From: a virus
Lineage: Duplodnaviria; Heunggongvirae; Uroviricota; Caudoviricetes
Virus record (IMG/VR): IMGVR_UViG_3300031998_000001
Coordinates: 173,064 to 237,063 of that record
DNA length: 64,000 bases
Strand: one strand, 5' to 3'
The notes beneath the pieces are model-generated. The model was given only the letters and a program-made list of their open reading frames with translations, was not told where the DNA came from and made no database searches. The position numbers were made by a program, and so were the translations under genes. Below, one piece after another: positions 41,529 through 51,731 of the stretch. How positions within the stretch are numbered: the stretch's first letter is position 1; each line of letters opens with the position of its first letter.

Positions 41529-42242
41529 ATGAAGAATTTTTTTATCGCGTTAATGCTGTGCGTAGTTAGCATTTTGGGATTGGTTTCTTGTGACAACACA
41601 TTGAATAAAACCATTGATGAACCATTATCGTTCAAAGAAATTGTGAATGTTGATGACAGTGTTTTTAGCCATATCTATGATATTTACCGCAAAAGGTTTG
41701 ATACACTGCCGACATCGCGTAAAGTTAAATATCACGATATAACATATCGGGAGATACTGGATTATGAGAAAAAAGAAGACGAACTATATAACGATTCTAT
41801 TTTGAAGAAATCTTTTGAAAGCGATTGGCGCAATGAATATTACGATGTTATTCATAAAGGTGATTCACTAATAGAGTATTGGTGGAATAGAGATGATTGT
41901 TTTATAGTAAATTATAAAGGCAAGAGGTGTGTTAAGGATAAGATGATTTGGTATGATACCGATATGCCGTTTAATGTGGAATATTATTTTAAAAGTATTG
42001 AAAAGGCACAAGATGATTATTGGTCGGATAGTATAAGACACGGAAAAGAATACGCCGATAAATCGTTGGAGTGGAAAACCGCATTATATAAAGGTTTTAT
42101 ATATGAAGAATATGATAAAAACTTTGTAACATTTGAAACATATTATTATAGAAAAATTGATTCTATAATGGAAGAATTTAACTCAAAAGTAAATAACTTT
42201 AATGTAGATTACTATAAGACCATTGAAGTTCATATGAAGTAA
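41529..42242 (+). CDS. AT-rich putative lipoprotein
   Basis: MKNFFIALMLCVVSILGLVS-C signal; visibly low GC. Confidence 0.6.
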   Translation: MKNFFIALMLCVVSILGLVSCDNTLNKTIDEPLSFKEIVNVDDSVFSHIYDIYRKRFDTLPTSRKVKYHDITYREILDYEKKEDELYNDSILKKSFESDWRNEYYDVIHKGDSLIEYWWNRDDCFIVNYKGKRCVKDKMIWYDTDMPFNVEYYFKSIEKAQDDYWSDSIRHGKEYADKSLEWKTALYKGFIYEEYDKNFVTFETYYYRKIDSIMEEFNSKVNNFNVDYYKTIEVHMK

Positions 42243-43068
42243 TCACATATTTCCGATATATTATAGTTGAAAAGAAACATAAAGGATATGGAAACGAAAA
42301 CTATCACATTGAAGGAAGCGACAGAAGCGGTCAAGGGGCTGTTCGATGTCAGCACATACGGCAACCGACAGGATGGCAAGTCGTACTTTGTGGAAAACTC
42401 TAACGGCACAACTTTCTACTTTGACAAACGCCAGTATTGGCGCGATGAAGTCATCGGGAAGTTGAGCGAGTATTTCAACGGCAAGCGCATCGATGGCGGG
42501 CAGTGCCGAATAGACGGCATCACGCTTCTGTGGACTACCGTCCATCTGGAGAAACTCCCCGAAGAAAAAGAAGAGAAGTCCCCAGTGCCTTTCACGGATG
42601 TCTGGGAGAAGCACCGCGACCTTACGGTGGTGATGGAGAACGGTGAAGCCGTGAAACTCCGTGACCTGTCGGACGATGACCTGAAGGGCATTGTCAGACG
42701 CAAGGTCAGCGTCAAGGCGGAAGATTCCAATGTGCCTCCGTTGACGGTCATCCGCGTCGTGCAGGGGGAGATTATGTACCGAATGAACAAGAACACATAT
42801 AACCCGTCATTCTAACGGCAACTATGGAAAGGACAACTGGTTGGAAAATAATTAAATTTAATGAATATGGATACGACTACTAAAAAAGAAGCAAAGCATT
42901 ACGACACTTTGGAAGAATTAACGGAAAGGGTCAAGAATTATAATGAAGCAAAACAACAATTTCCTACAACGGGCGATGTACCTGAAATGACTCCAATAAC
43001 GGAAAAATCACCAGAAATGGTAACGGTATTTGTTGATTTTAAATAAGAGTGTATAAAATTTAAGGACT

Positions 43069-43314
43069 ATGAAAAGGATATTTTTGGCAATGATGATGTT
43101 CGCTGCGGTTGTTGTATGTGTTTCGTGCAACAGGCATAACACAAATAGCGATAGCAACAGCAATGTAGTAACTGGCTCGGAAACGATGGAACGCATTGAG
43201 AAAGGAGCACATCACGAGGTATGGAGAGATAAGCAAACTGGGCGAGAGTATTTCGTACGCAACAACGGTGCTGGAGTATGCGGCTTTGAATTAACTGGCA
43301 GGGAAAGCGAGTAA
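43069..43314 (+). CDS. small putative lipoprotein
   Basis: MKRIFLAMMMFAAVVVCVS-C. Confidence 0.55.
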   Translation: MKRIFLAMMMFAAVVVCVSCNRHNTNSDSNSNVVTGSETMERIEKGAHHEVWRDKQTGREYFVRNNGAGVCGFELTGRESE

Positions 43315-44778
43315 AGGCTATGAAGGTAGGCGAATTGAAAGGATTGCTGGACGGATTGCAGGTTGATACATTCATCGGCATTGTTTTCGATGAATATTAT
43401 TATGAAATAGGCGATATTGTCGTGGAGAACGGTCGTCTTACCAAGACGGACTATCTGACACTTATCATCTTTAATCCGTATGACCATAAACGCCTCCTTA
43501 CGGTCAAGGACTTGAAGGGAGCACTTGTGAAATGCCCAGATAATGCTTTTGTGGTTGTAGATGACGATATACCTTGGCAACCGAATAGATTTGAGAACGG
43601 CAACTTTTATGTAAACGGATAGATTATGGCGGAAAAGGGATTTGCATCAATGAGAGGCAGGACATACAAGGGCGAACTACACAAGCGTCTGGCGAAGTTC
43701 GTAGCCGAATATGACAAGGTTTACAGGAACGACTGCCTGACGGTACTTTGCAATCAGCATTGTGACGGGTGCGCCACGCAGAAGAAGATGAGCGAACTTG
43801 CCGTGCAAATCGAACTACTGAAGGAAAGATATACGGACGAAAATAAACATTGAGTATGAATATGACTACTGAAATCAGATGGAATGATGCCCGAAAGGAC
43901 AGACCGAAGCACTTGCAGAGGTGCTTGTGCTATGATTCCTATATGGGCGGAATGTACTGCTATGTCTATGACGACATAAGCAAATACTGGTGTACCCAGA
44001 CAACGGAGGAACACGATGCCAACGGCGGCAACCATATATGCGACTATGCCGACAGCCGAGTTGTCGCTTGGGCTGAACTGCCGAAGGTGTCTGGCGGTAT
44101 AAATGCGTTAAACTCATTAGAGGCTTTTATGTCGGTTGCCAACCAGCACAGACCATACGAGCCTTCCGACTTCGTGAAGGAATATTACCTGCCAAACATC
44201 TAAAAACATTGAATATGAATGTAACTGAAGAGTATATCATAACATACGAAAAGTTGGACGACTTTGCCGAACATATATGCAAGCAGAGTTATACGGACTT
44301 TGACGATGCCAAGGACGCACTGAAAAGAATAAAGGACTACGGGTGCTTCAATATAAAGTTCAAGCACATAACGACAGAGTGTATTGATGTTTCAAAAATA
44401 CTGAATTAAAAAACGATTGAGATATGACAAATAAAGAAAACGGGAATGACTGGTATGAAAGATGGCAAATTGAACCTGTATTGGTAGTACCAAGAATTGT
44501 GAAGCGTGCATCCACAGGACATTTGGAATGGAGTACAAAGAGGTTATTTTAGAGCCAGTAACTTGGGAACAAATGGAAGAAATTAAAAGACAACAAGGTA
44601 AAATTTAGGATATGGAGAAGAAGGAGTTTTACATAGAGTTCCACGACTACGAGGTGATACCAAAAAAAGTATATGGGTGCTCGCCGATTGACACCATAGA
44701 AGGTATGTTCACAAGACGGGTGAGAATACCATACGGCTACCACAAGATTGTAATAAGGGACGGCAAAATGATTGAGAT

Positions 44779-45174
44779 ATGACAGAGGAGGAAAAGACAT
44801 TGCTCATCAAGGTACTGGCGGAGCAGTCGCCATACGGATTGAAGGTAAGGAAAGCCAATACCAACAGGAGAACGGTAAGGGGCGTTGATGCCATTGCGGG
44901 CATCGTCCACTTCGAGAACGACACGATAAGTCCGTTTGGTCTTGACATAGAGCATCCGCTTACATTCAGGCAGCAGGTCAAGCCGTACTTGCGCCCTATG
45001 TCGAGTATGACTGAAAGCGAGGAGGGTGAATACAATTCGCTGAACGGCTACGAAAGGGGAGTGTTTCCGTCCAGTGCGGATGCGTTGGACTGGCTGAACG
45101 CCCACCACTTTGACTGGCGCGGTCTAATTCAGAAAGGCTTGGCTGCCGAGGCGGAAGAAGGGATGTATAACTAA
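44779..45174 (+). CDS. LPYG family protein
   Basis: EQSPYGLKV...VKPYLRPMSSMTESE...DWLNAHHFDWRGLIQKGLAAEAEEGMY. Confidence 0.85.
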   Translation: MTEEEKTLLIKVLAEQSPYGLKVRKANTNRRTVRGVDAIAGIVHFENDTISPFGLDIEHPLTFRQQVKPYLRPMSSMTESEEGEYNSLNGYERGVFPSSADALDWLNAHHFDWRGLIQKGLAAEAEEGMYN

Positions 45175-45399
45175 ATTAAATTTTTAAAGATATGATTAAG
45201 AGTAAGACATTTTCAAGCAAGGACGCTGTGGTCGCCCAACTTAACGAGTGGGAAACCAACGGCTACAATCTGAAAAATAATTTCATCAGGATAACGCAGG
45301 AGGTGACACCTGTGCAAGTGTCGGGAAGCCAGACTGTGTTCAACATATTCTATGACGCTATTCTGGATAATAAGCACTATAACTAAATAATTTAAAGAT

Positions 45400-45591
45400 A
45401 TGAATGTATTGGAAAAAATTTGCAAGCGGATTGCACAAAAGATTAACTTGGCTGAAAACCTGCATATCGCACCCATATTTAAGCCCAGCGAAAGCGAGTG
45501 TATTAGTGGCTGGGAAGTTTTGGATGACAGCAACAATGTACTCAAGCGATACGGTGATGCTGATGAACTTTTTAAGGACTACGGCTTATAA
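45400..45591 (+). CDS. small protein, paralog of 30473
   Basis: CKRIAQKI...HIA...GWEVLDDSNN..KRY....ELFKDYG. Confidence 0.65.
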   Translation: MNVLEKICKRIAQKINLAENLHIAPIFKPSESECISGWEVLDDSNNVLKRYGDADELFKDYGL

Positions 45592-45609
45592 CTAAAAATT
45601 TCACATAAT

Positions 45610-46869
45610 ATGAAACAAGTAAGAATAATTGATTTTTTAAGGAACTGCCCAGTATATACGAGGCTCTACAGTCCGTTGTACGGATACTGCGAGTTTTTGG
45701 AGTGCTCGCGGAACTTTATCTTCGTAAGGGGTTCAAAGCCAGACTCGAAGCACAACAAATGCGGTGACACTGTGTATAAGTTCAACGAAATCGGACAGCC
45801 AGCGGGAACTGTGTACGAGGACAACGAGATTGAATATTCGGAATGTATGCTGTTTCCGTCCCACACATACAAGAGTTGGAAGAACTGGCAGGAGCATTTG
45901 TTCAAGGACGGGGACATAATAGTCGAGAACACGGCGGACGAGGAGAACAGGAATATGTTCAAGTACAAGCACTTTGATGTTTGTTACGGCTACAACGGCA
46001 TTCCGTTTGTAGTCCCGCCAAGCGAATTGAAAAAATACCGCTATGCCACAAAGGAAGAACAGATACGGTTCAGGGAATTGCAGGAAAAGTTCGAGAAGGA
46101 CAATAGTGACACAAAGAAACAACTTGACCTTAAAGAAACCGTTGAGATTACCAATAATATCATAAAGAAGCAGGCGAAAACTTGGGGCAGGCTGCACCCA
46201 GCATACGCGCTTGCCGAAAATATGGGGCTATTGGACGATGACGACATATTGGAAGATATGTACGAGAAGCACAGGACGGATACATTCCGCGTGGTGTGCG
46301 AATTATTCTGCTGTGACCCGAAGGAAGTCCTGCGGAAGATGTTGGAGCATCGCAACGAGGTGATGCCGAAGATTATGGAGGCGGAGAAAAGGAGCATCGC
46401 GGAAGCCAACGCCAAAGTCCCAGACAAGATGTTCCACGCAGACGACATCATAATTGACAGGACGCTTGGAACAGGCTATCTTCATCTGCTCAAGGTGAAA
46501 GGCTATGACAGCGCAGGAAAATACTGGGTTTGCTTTGATTCCGATGGTACTTACTATGCCCTTACACAGGACGAGATAAACAAGTATGAGTACGCCACGG
46601 AACAGGAGATGGCGGACTTCAAGGAGTTGCAGGAAAAATTCGAGAAGGAAAATGAAAAGAAAACAACCGACTACAGCAAGTTCTACTACATAGAGAACAC
46701 GGTGGACGAATCCGACACCGAGATAACAGTGTACTGCAAGACTATGGAAGAAGCATTGGAACGAATCAAGACCTGTCGTGACTGGTACGGCGAGATGGGT
46801 ACTGGACGAATCTATGAGGTGAAGTTCGGCAAAAGCCCAATAGGAAAATTAGTATATAGCAAGGAATAG
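45610..46869 (+). CDS. mosaic protein with an internally duplicated domain
   Basis: FKDGDII...YRYATKEEQIRFRELQEKFEKDN repeated as FHADDII...YEYATEQEMADFKELQEKFEKEN. Confidence 0.7.
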   Translation: MKQVRIIDFLRNCPVYTRLYSPLYGYCEFLECSRNFIFVRGSKPDSKHNKCGDTVYKFNEIGQPAGTVYEDNEIEYSECMLFPSHTYKSWKNWQEHLFKDGDIIVENTADEENRNMFKYKHFDVCYGYNGIPFVVPPSELKKYRYATKEEQIRFRELQEKFEKDNSDTKKQLDLKETVEITNNIIKKQAKTWGRLHPAYALAENMGLLDDDDILEDMYEKHRTDTFRVVCELFCCDPKEVLRKMLEHRNEVMPKIMEAEKRSIAEANAKVPDKMFHADDIIIDRTLGTGYLHLLKVKGYDSAGKYWVCFDSDGTYYALTQDEINKYEYATEQEMADFKELQEKFEKENEKKTTDYSKFYYIENTVDESDTEITVYCKTMEEALERIKTCRDWYGEMGTGRIYEVKFGKSPIGKLVYSKE

Positions 46870-46894
46870 GTTTAACAACAAACATTTTAAGATT

Positions 46895-47449
46895 ATGATA
46901 ACCGAAGAAGAAAGGAAGATGCTTGTCACAGACCTGTGCGCCAAGATACCGTACGGTGTCAAGGCATCGTGCTACCGACAGACCGAGAAAGGCGCGGTGC
47001 GCGAGTACGAGAAGGCGGACATCATATCATACGACGCACGAGTGGGATTGTTCAGTGCCGTCGCCGTCAATGTCAACGGCGACGAGTTCCGCTACGGGGA
47101 GTGCTACTACAGGGCGGACGGCATCATTCCTTACTTGCGCCCGACCAAGAATATGACGGCGAAGGAGAGGAACGAACTCATAAACTATGTCACCGACTGC
47201 CCAGACGGTTGCAAGTATTTCACGGTCAATCCAGACGGAGCGATATGGGGCGACGGCTACGGGGAGAAGCGCGTGGAGATGAACATAAACTCGTTCGAGA
47301 TGTTCACGGTCAACTTCGTGCCGATGGCTGTTATGCGCTATCAGGAGTGGATGGACTCACGCCTCTTCGACTGGCGAGGGCTTATCAAGCGCGGACTTGC
47401 GCTGGAGGCTGATGAAGGTCTGTATAGGAAAACGAAGAAAAGGAAGTGA
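46895..47449 (+). CDS. LPYG family protein
   Basis: DLCAKIPYGV...IIPYLRPTKNMT...LFDWRGLIKRGLALEADEGLY. Confidence 0.85.
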   Translation: MITEEERKMLVTDLCAKIPYGVKASCYRQTEKGAVREYEKADIISYDARVGLFSAVAVNVNGDEFRYGECYYRADGIIPYLRPTKNMTAKERNELINYVTDCPDGCKYFTVNPDGAIWGDGYGEKRVEMNINSFEMFTVNFVPMAVMRYQEWMDSRLFDWRGLIKRGLALEADEGLYRKTKKRK

Positions 47450-47623
47450 TATGCCAATGGACGAAGTTTTAAGGGATGCGAAGAAATGCCCGTACTACGG
47501 GTGCGCAGGGACAAGGGTATGCACATACTACTCTTGGACTACACATTGCCCCTATCCCGACTGCAATAAGGGGGAATGGAACGGCTACACGGCTTATGAG
47601 AACAATGTGAACGGAAAATAGTT

Positions 47624-48091
47624 ATGACCAATACATTAAAAAAGAAGATACTGTTCCTCGACATTGACGGTGTGCTCGCTGGGGAGGACTACCTTCGCGA
47701 CAGGGCGAACGGCGGGGACTTCATCGACCCCGAAAAGGTGAAGTTGCTCAACTCGCTTCATTGTATGGTGGTCATTTCGTCCTCGTGGGGCGATGACAAC
47801 GGACGGACGGAAAAGATGCTCAAGGAAAGGGGGCTTATGCTCCCGATTGTCGGCTACACCGTGCATTACGAGATAGGTCACGACTGGATTGTGCGTGGCA
47901 ACTCCATCGCCAAGTGGCTCACCGACAACCTTCACGGCTGCATAGGCGAGTACCAGTACGCCATAGTGGACGATGACGACGATATGCTTATGCGTCAGGC
48001 TGGGCATTTCGTACAGACCAACCCGTACACGGGCATAACGGAGAGTGATATTGAGAAGTTAAGGAACATACTTGAATCCAATATAATATAG
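47624..48091 (+). CDS. HAD-family phosphatase (RNA-repair associated type)
   Basis: ILFLDIDGVL, VVISSSW, AIVDDDDD. Confidence 0.8.
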   Translation: MTNTLKKKILFLDIDGVLAGEDYLRDRANGGDFIDPEKVKLLNSLHCMVVISSSWGDDNGRTEKMLKERGLMLPIVGYTVHYEIGHDWIVRGNSIAKWLTDNLHGCIGEYQYAIVDDDDDMLMRQAGHFVQTNPYTGITESDIEKLRNILESNII

Positions 48092-48275
48092 TTATGGCAA
48101 GGGAAAAGCAATTTATCGAAACTTGCAGGCACTGCGGACGCATCGCGACGCTCGGTGCAAGGTGGTGCAGGAACGGATACGAGCAGTATCTGTATGAATG
48201 TGGTAAAAAATGTCCGGGCTACGAGCCTGTGGGCGAAGTTGAAATAACGACAACGGAAATAAAGGAGGAAACAAT

Positions 48276-48914
48276 ATGACGGAGTTCAACAGGGGCGACA
48301 TAATTGCAAGTCCGAAAGGTGAGAAATACAGTGTGGAAGGCATTGGCAAGGTCTGCGGGTCAAGGCTGCTTGCGGACGGAAGGGAAGTTCCCGATGTGAA
48401 AGCCAACTGCTACACGGTCAAGACGGACAACGGTTGCGGGTACTGCTTCCTGTCTATGAAGGATGCGGAGAACTACAAGTTCGTAGAAGTCGGTGAGTGG
48501 CGTAGGAAGGAGTTGCTCGGAACGGACTTGACGGGAAGGCTTATGTACGGGGTGAAACTCTATGTCGGCGAAGGCAAGCCAGCCGAACTGCTCGAACACA
48601 TAGATACAAGGTCGTTCATCGTGAACGGGCATATCCCGCTCGATGAGGTCAAGCCGTACCTGCGCACAATGAATATCCATAACTTCACGGAGGAGGAAAC
48701 TATGCAGGTGCAGTCAATTTCGGACAGCATTTGCTTTAACGGCTCTATCGCCGAATACGGGGACAACTTCCATATCTCCATTTCGGACATCGCCCGCTAC
48801 ATCGACTTCCTCAACGCACACCACTTCGACTGGCACGGGCTTATCGAAAGGGGGCTTGCATTGGAGGCGGACAAGGACACATACGCCAATACTACAATGA
48901 AAGGGGCATACTGA
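48276..48914 (+). CDS. LPYG family protein with N-terminal extension
   Basis: DLTGRLMYGV...VKPYLRTM...FLNAHHFDWHGLIERGLALEAD. Confidence 0.8.
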   Translation: MTEFNRGDIIASPKGEKYSVEGIGKVCGSRLLADGREVPDVKANCYTVKTDNGCGYCFLSMKDAENYKFVEVGEWRRKELLGTDLTGRLMYGVKLYVGEGKPAELLEHIDTRSFIVNGHIPLDEVKPYLRTMNIHNFTEEETMQVQSISDSICFNGSIAEYGDNFHISISDIARYIDFLNAHHFDWHGLIERGLALEADKDTYANTTMKGAY

Positions 48915-49207
48915 TATGGAGCGTAATGATGACAACGGATATGCACCGCTGCTCGGTCTGCACAAAGGCAGGGCGTTGGAATACAATGTATGCAAATGGT
49001 GGGACGGGCAATGGAAGTACGGGCTTCTCAAACTCGACTCTTTCTATGATAATGTGGCGATATACCACTGGACTGGAAGGATATTCTACAGTTTCGAGGA
49101 CGCACGGGACACGGCTCTCGTCAAGCACTGTGTTTACTTCGCCATACCGTACAGGCTTGCCGACTATGAGAATGTGGACGGCTTCAATTCGGGGGAGTAG
49201 TCGGATT

Positions 49208-49278
49208 TTTTCTGAAATTATAATAAATAGCCTATATATTAGTGTCGGAAGGAAACATTAGGACTTAAAGATATGGAC
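49208..49278 (+). repeat. 71-bp perfect direct repeat containing promoter copy 11 (49212-49240)
   Basis: Identical to 19844-19914. Confidence 0.9.
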
Positions 49279-49822
49279 GAAAGGATTATAAATGTTGCAA
49301 ATGAACTTTGGCGCATTTGCCGAAATGAAAAATCTGACCTTTATGATGAAGATTATGTAAGCGACTGGACTTACGAAGATGTGGTATGCTCCCTCGAAGA
49401 ATATGCAAGGGACAACGGCTTTAAGGAATTGGAAAGAGGCAAGTTGGTCGAGCGCAGAAAGGTAGTTGATGAGGACTTCATATTTGGTGATATTGATACC
49501 GTTACTGCGAACTTGCAGAAGTTGAAAGCGGAGGGGTGGACGGAAATCTTGCAGAAGTGGTACGGATACGAGGACAACGAATTTGTGGCAATCAGGTATG
49601 AGGCGGAAACGGACGAGGAATACTATGAGAGGATACACAACGGCTTGGACAAGTACCTCATCGACAGGGAAAAGAAAAAGCAGAAGAAGGCGGAGGCGGA
49701 GGCGGAGATAAAGAGGCTGAAGGCTCGGATACGCCAACTCGAAAGCGACAACAAGGTACGCTTGGACGACATAATATAGCGCACCCCCGTATAAATAATT
49801 CGTTAACAGAACTATACGGATT

Positions 49823-50380
49823 ATGGCAGACATTGAAATCTATACGATGGGGCATTACAGGGAGGTCACCCTGTTCGATTGCGTCGGCTTCCCAGAGGAG
49901 TGCCAGCAGAGAATGTGGAAGAGGCTGGAAAAGAAATATCTCCCGTCCCTCCCGATTGAGGACGAAGGCTTGATGGCACTCAAGGAACTCAACCCAGAAG
50001 CGGTGATGTACCGATACAGGAAGGGCGATGCCCTGAAAGAAGTCCGAGACCTCGTGTACTCCGACAAGCCGAGCGACGACGAGGTTACGGTTATGCTCAC
50101 GGCGATGAGGGGGACATTCATAGAGAGGGAACTCTTGCAGGAGGTCGCAGACCTCTACCGCACGCTTGATGTATCGACTGGTCAGATGGCGGAGCAGGGG
50201 GACATACTCGAAGAGATATACAACAGTTGCAACGACATACTTGGGGTGTTCATATCAATACCAGTCATATCGGCTGATGTGCTCGAACACAGGGACGGGA
50301 TGGTATATGTCCCAGAATGGTGCAAGGGCGTGGGCGAACGCTTCAAGGAAATAAGGGGAACTGATGAAACAGACAATTAG
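49823..50380 (+). CDS. hypothetical protein behind a TATAAATA promoter (49790-49797)
   Basis: ORF overlaps the start of the methyltransferase gene, suggesting co-transcription. Confidence 0.55.
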   Translation: MADIEIYTMGHYREVTLFDCVGFPEECQQRMWKRLEKKYLPSLPIEDEGLMALKELNPEAVMYRYRKGDALKEVRDLVYSDKPSDDEVTVMLTAMRGTFIERELLQEVADLYRTLDVSTGQMAEQGDILEEIYNSCNDILGVFISIPVISADVLEHRDGMVYVPEWCKGVGERFKEIRGTDETDN

Positions 50381-51674
50381 GCTCATAGACCTTTTCGCTG
50401 GAATGGGCGGAATAAGGCTCGGAACGGAGCAGGCACTCTCGGAGAGGGGGCTTGCCTCCGAGTGCGTGCTTACATCCGAAATCAAGCCGTATGCGGTCGA
50501 TGTGCTGTTGCAGAACCACCCGAACGAAACGGTGGCAGGCGACATAACCGAGATACCAGCCGAGAGCATACCCGACTTCGACATACTCTGCGCGGGCTTC
50601 CCCTGCCAGCCGTTCTCTTCGGCGGGCAATCGGGACGGGTTCGCCGACACGAGGGGGACTATGTTCTTCCACATAGAAAGGATACTTCGGGAGAAGAAGC
50701 CGAGAGGGTTCGTGCTTGAAAATGTCGAGGGGCTTGCGAACCACGACGGCGGACGGACGCTCTCCATAATACTCGGCAACCTGAAGGCACTCGGCTACGC
50801 GGTGTCGTGGCGGGTGCTGAACGCTTCGGACTTCGGCGTACCGCAGGAAAGGAGGCGCACATACATAGCGGGTGCGAGGGCTGACATATCGAAGGCTGGT
50901 TGCCCCGATATGTTCATATTCCCGAAAAGGCGTTCACGACTCTCCGACATACTCGAAAGCGGGCTTCCCTGCGTTGACACCCCGTTCACGAGGAGGCTTC
51001 TCGAAAAGTACCCGATTGCCGAACTCGCTGGCAAGTCGGTAAAGGACAGGCGGGGCGGAAAGGACAACATACACAGTTGGGACTTGGAGATAAAGGGGAG
51101 CGTGTCAGCAAGGCAGAAGGAACTTCTCGGTGCGATTATGACGCAGAGGAGAAAGGACAAGTGGGCTGACGAGGCTGGTGTAGAACCGATGGACGGTATG
51201 CCCCTGACCGAAAAGCAGATACGGACATTCTTCGACGACGAGAACCTTTCTGAAATGCTCGCCGACCTTACGGAGAAGGGCTATATGAGGTACGAGCATC
51301 CGAAGAGGCTCGTGGCGGAAACAGCGACCGCGCCAGACGGAAGGGAAGTGACCACGACAAGAAGGGAGTATGACACGGAAAAGGAGAAGGGCTACAACAT
51401 AGTGGCTGGCAAACTCTCGTTCGAGGTCAACGAGATACTCAACCCGAACGGGACTGCCCCCACACTCACGGCAACGGACACGCGGAGCATATTCGTCCCA
51501 GACGGGAACGGGATACGGAGACTCACCCTTCGGGAGTGCCTTCGGCTGTTCGGATACCCAGACGACTTCAAGTTCGATGTCGGGGAGAACGACGGCTACG
51601 ACCTGCTCGGCAACACCGTGGCTGTACCAGTAGTGAAGGCTGTTGCACAACGGCTTATTGAAAGAATATTCTAA
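50364..51674 (+). CDS. orphan C5 cytosine DNA methyltransferase
   Basis: DLFAGMGG (I), GFPCQPFS (IV), ENVEGL (VI), QERRRTY (VIII), RECLRLFGYP (IX), LGNTV (X). Confidence 0.95.
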   Translation: MKQTIRLIDLFAGMGGIRLGTEQALSERGLASECVLTSEIKPYAVDVLLQNHPNETVAGDITEIPAESIPDFDILCAGFPCQPFSSAGNRDGFADTRGTMFFHIERILREKKPRGFVLENVEGLANHDGGRTLSIILGNLKALGYAVSWRVLNASDFGVPQERRRTYIAGARADISKAGCPDMFIFPKRRSRLSDILESGLPCVDTPFTRRLLEKYPIAELAGKSVKDRRGGKDNIHSWDLEIKGSVSARQKELLGAIMTQRRKDKWADEAGVEPMDGMPLTEKQIRTFFDDENLSEMLADLTEKGYMRYEHPKRLVAETATAPDGREVTTTRREYDTEKEKGYNIVAGKLSFEVNEILNPNGTAPTLTATDTRSIFVPDGNGIRRLTLRECLRLFGYPDDFKFDVGENDGYDLLGNTVAVPVVKAVAQRLIERIF

Positions 51675-51731
51675 ACTTGATACATTTTTGGTATTGTAGA
51701 TATAAATAAATCAGTATATATTTGAATTATT

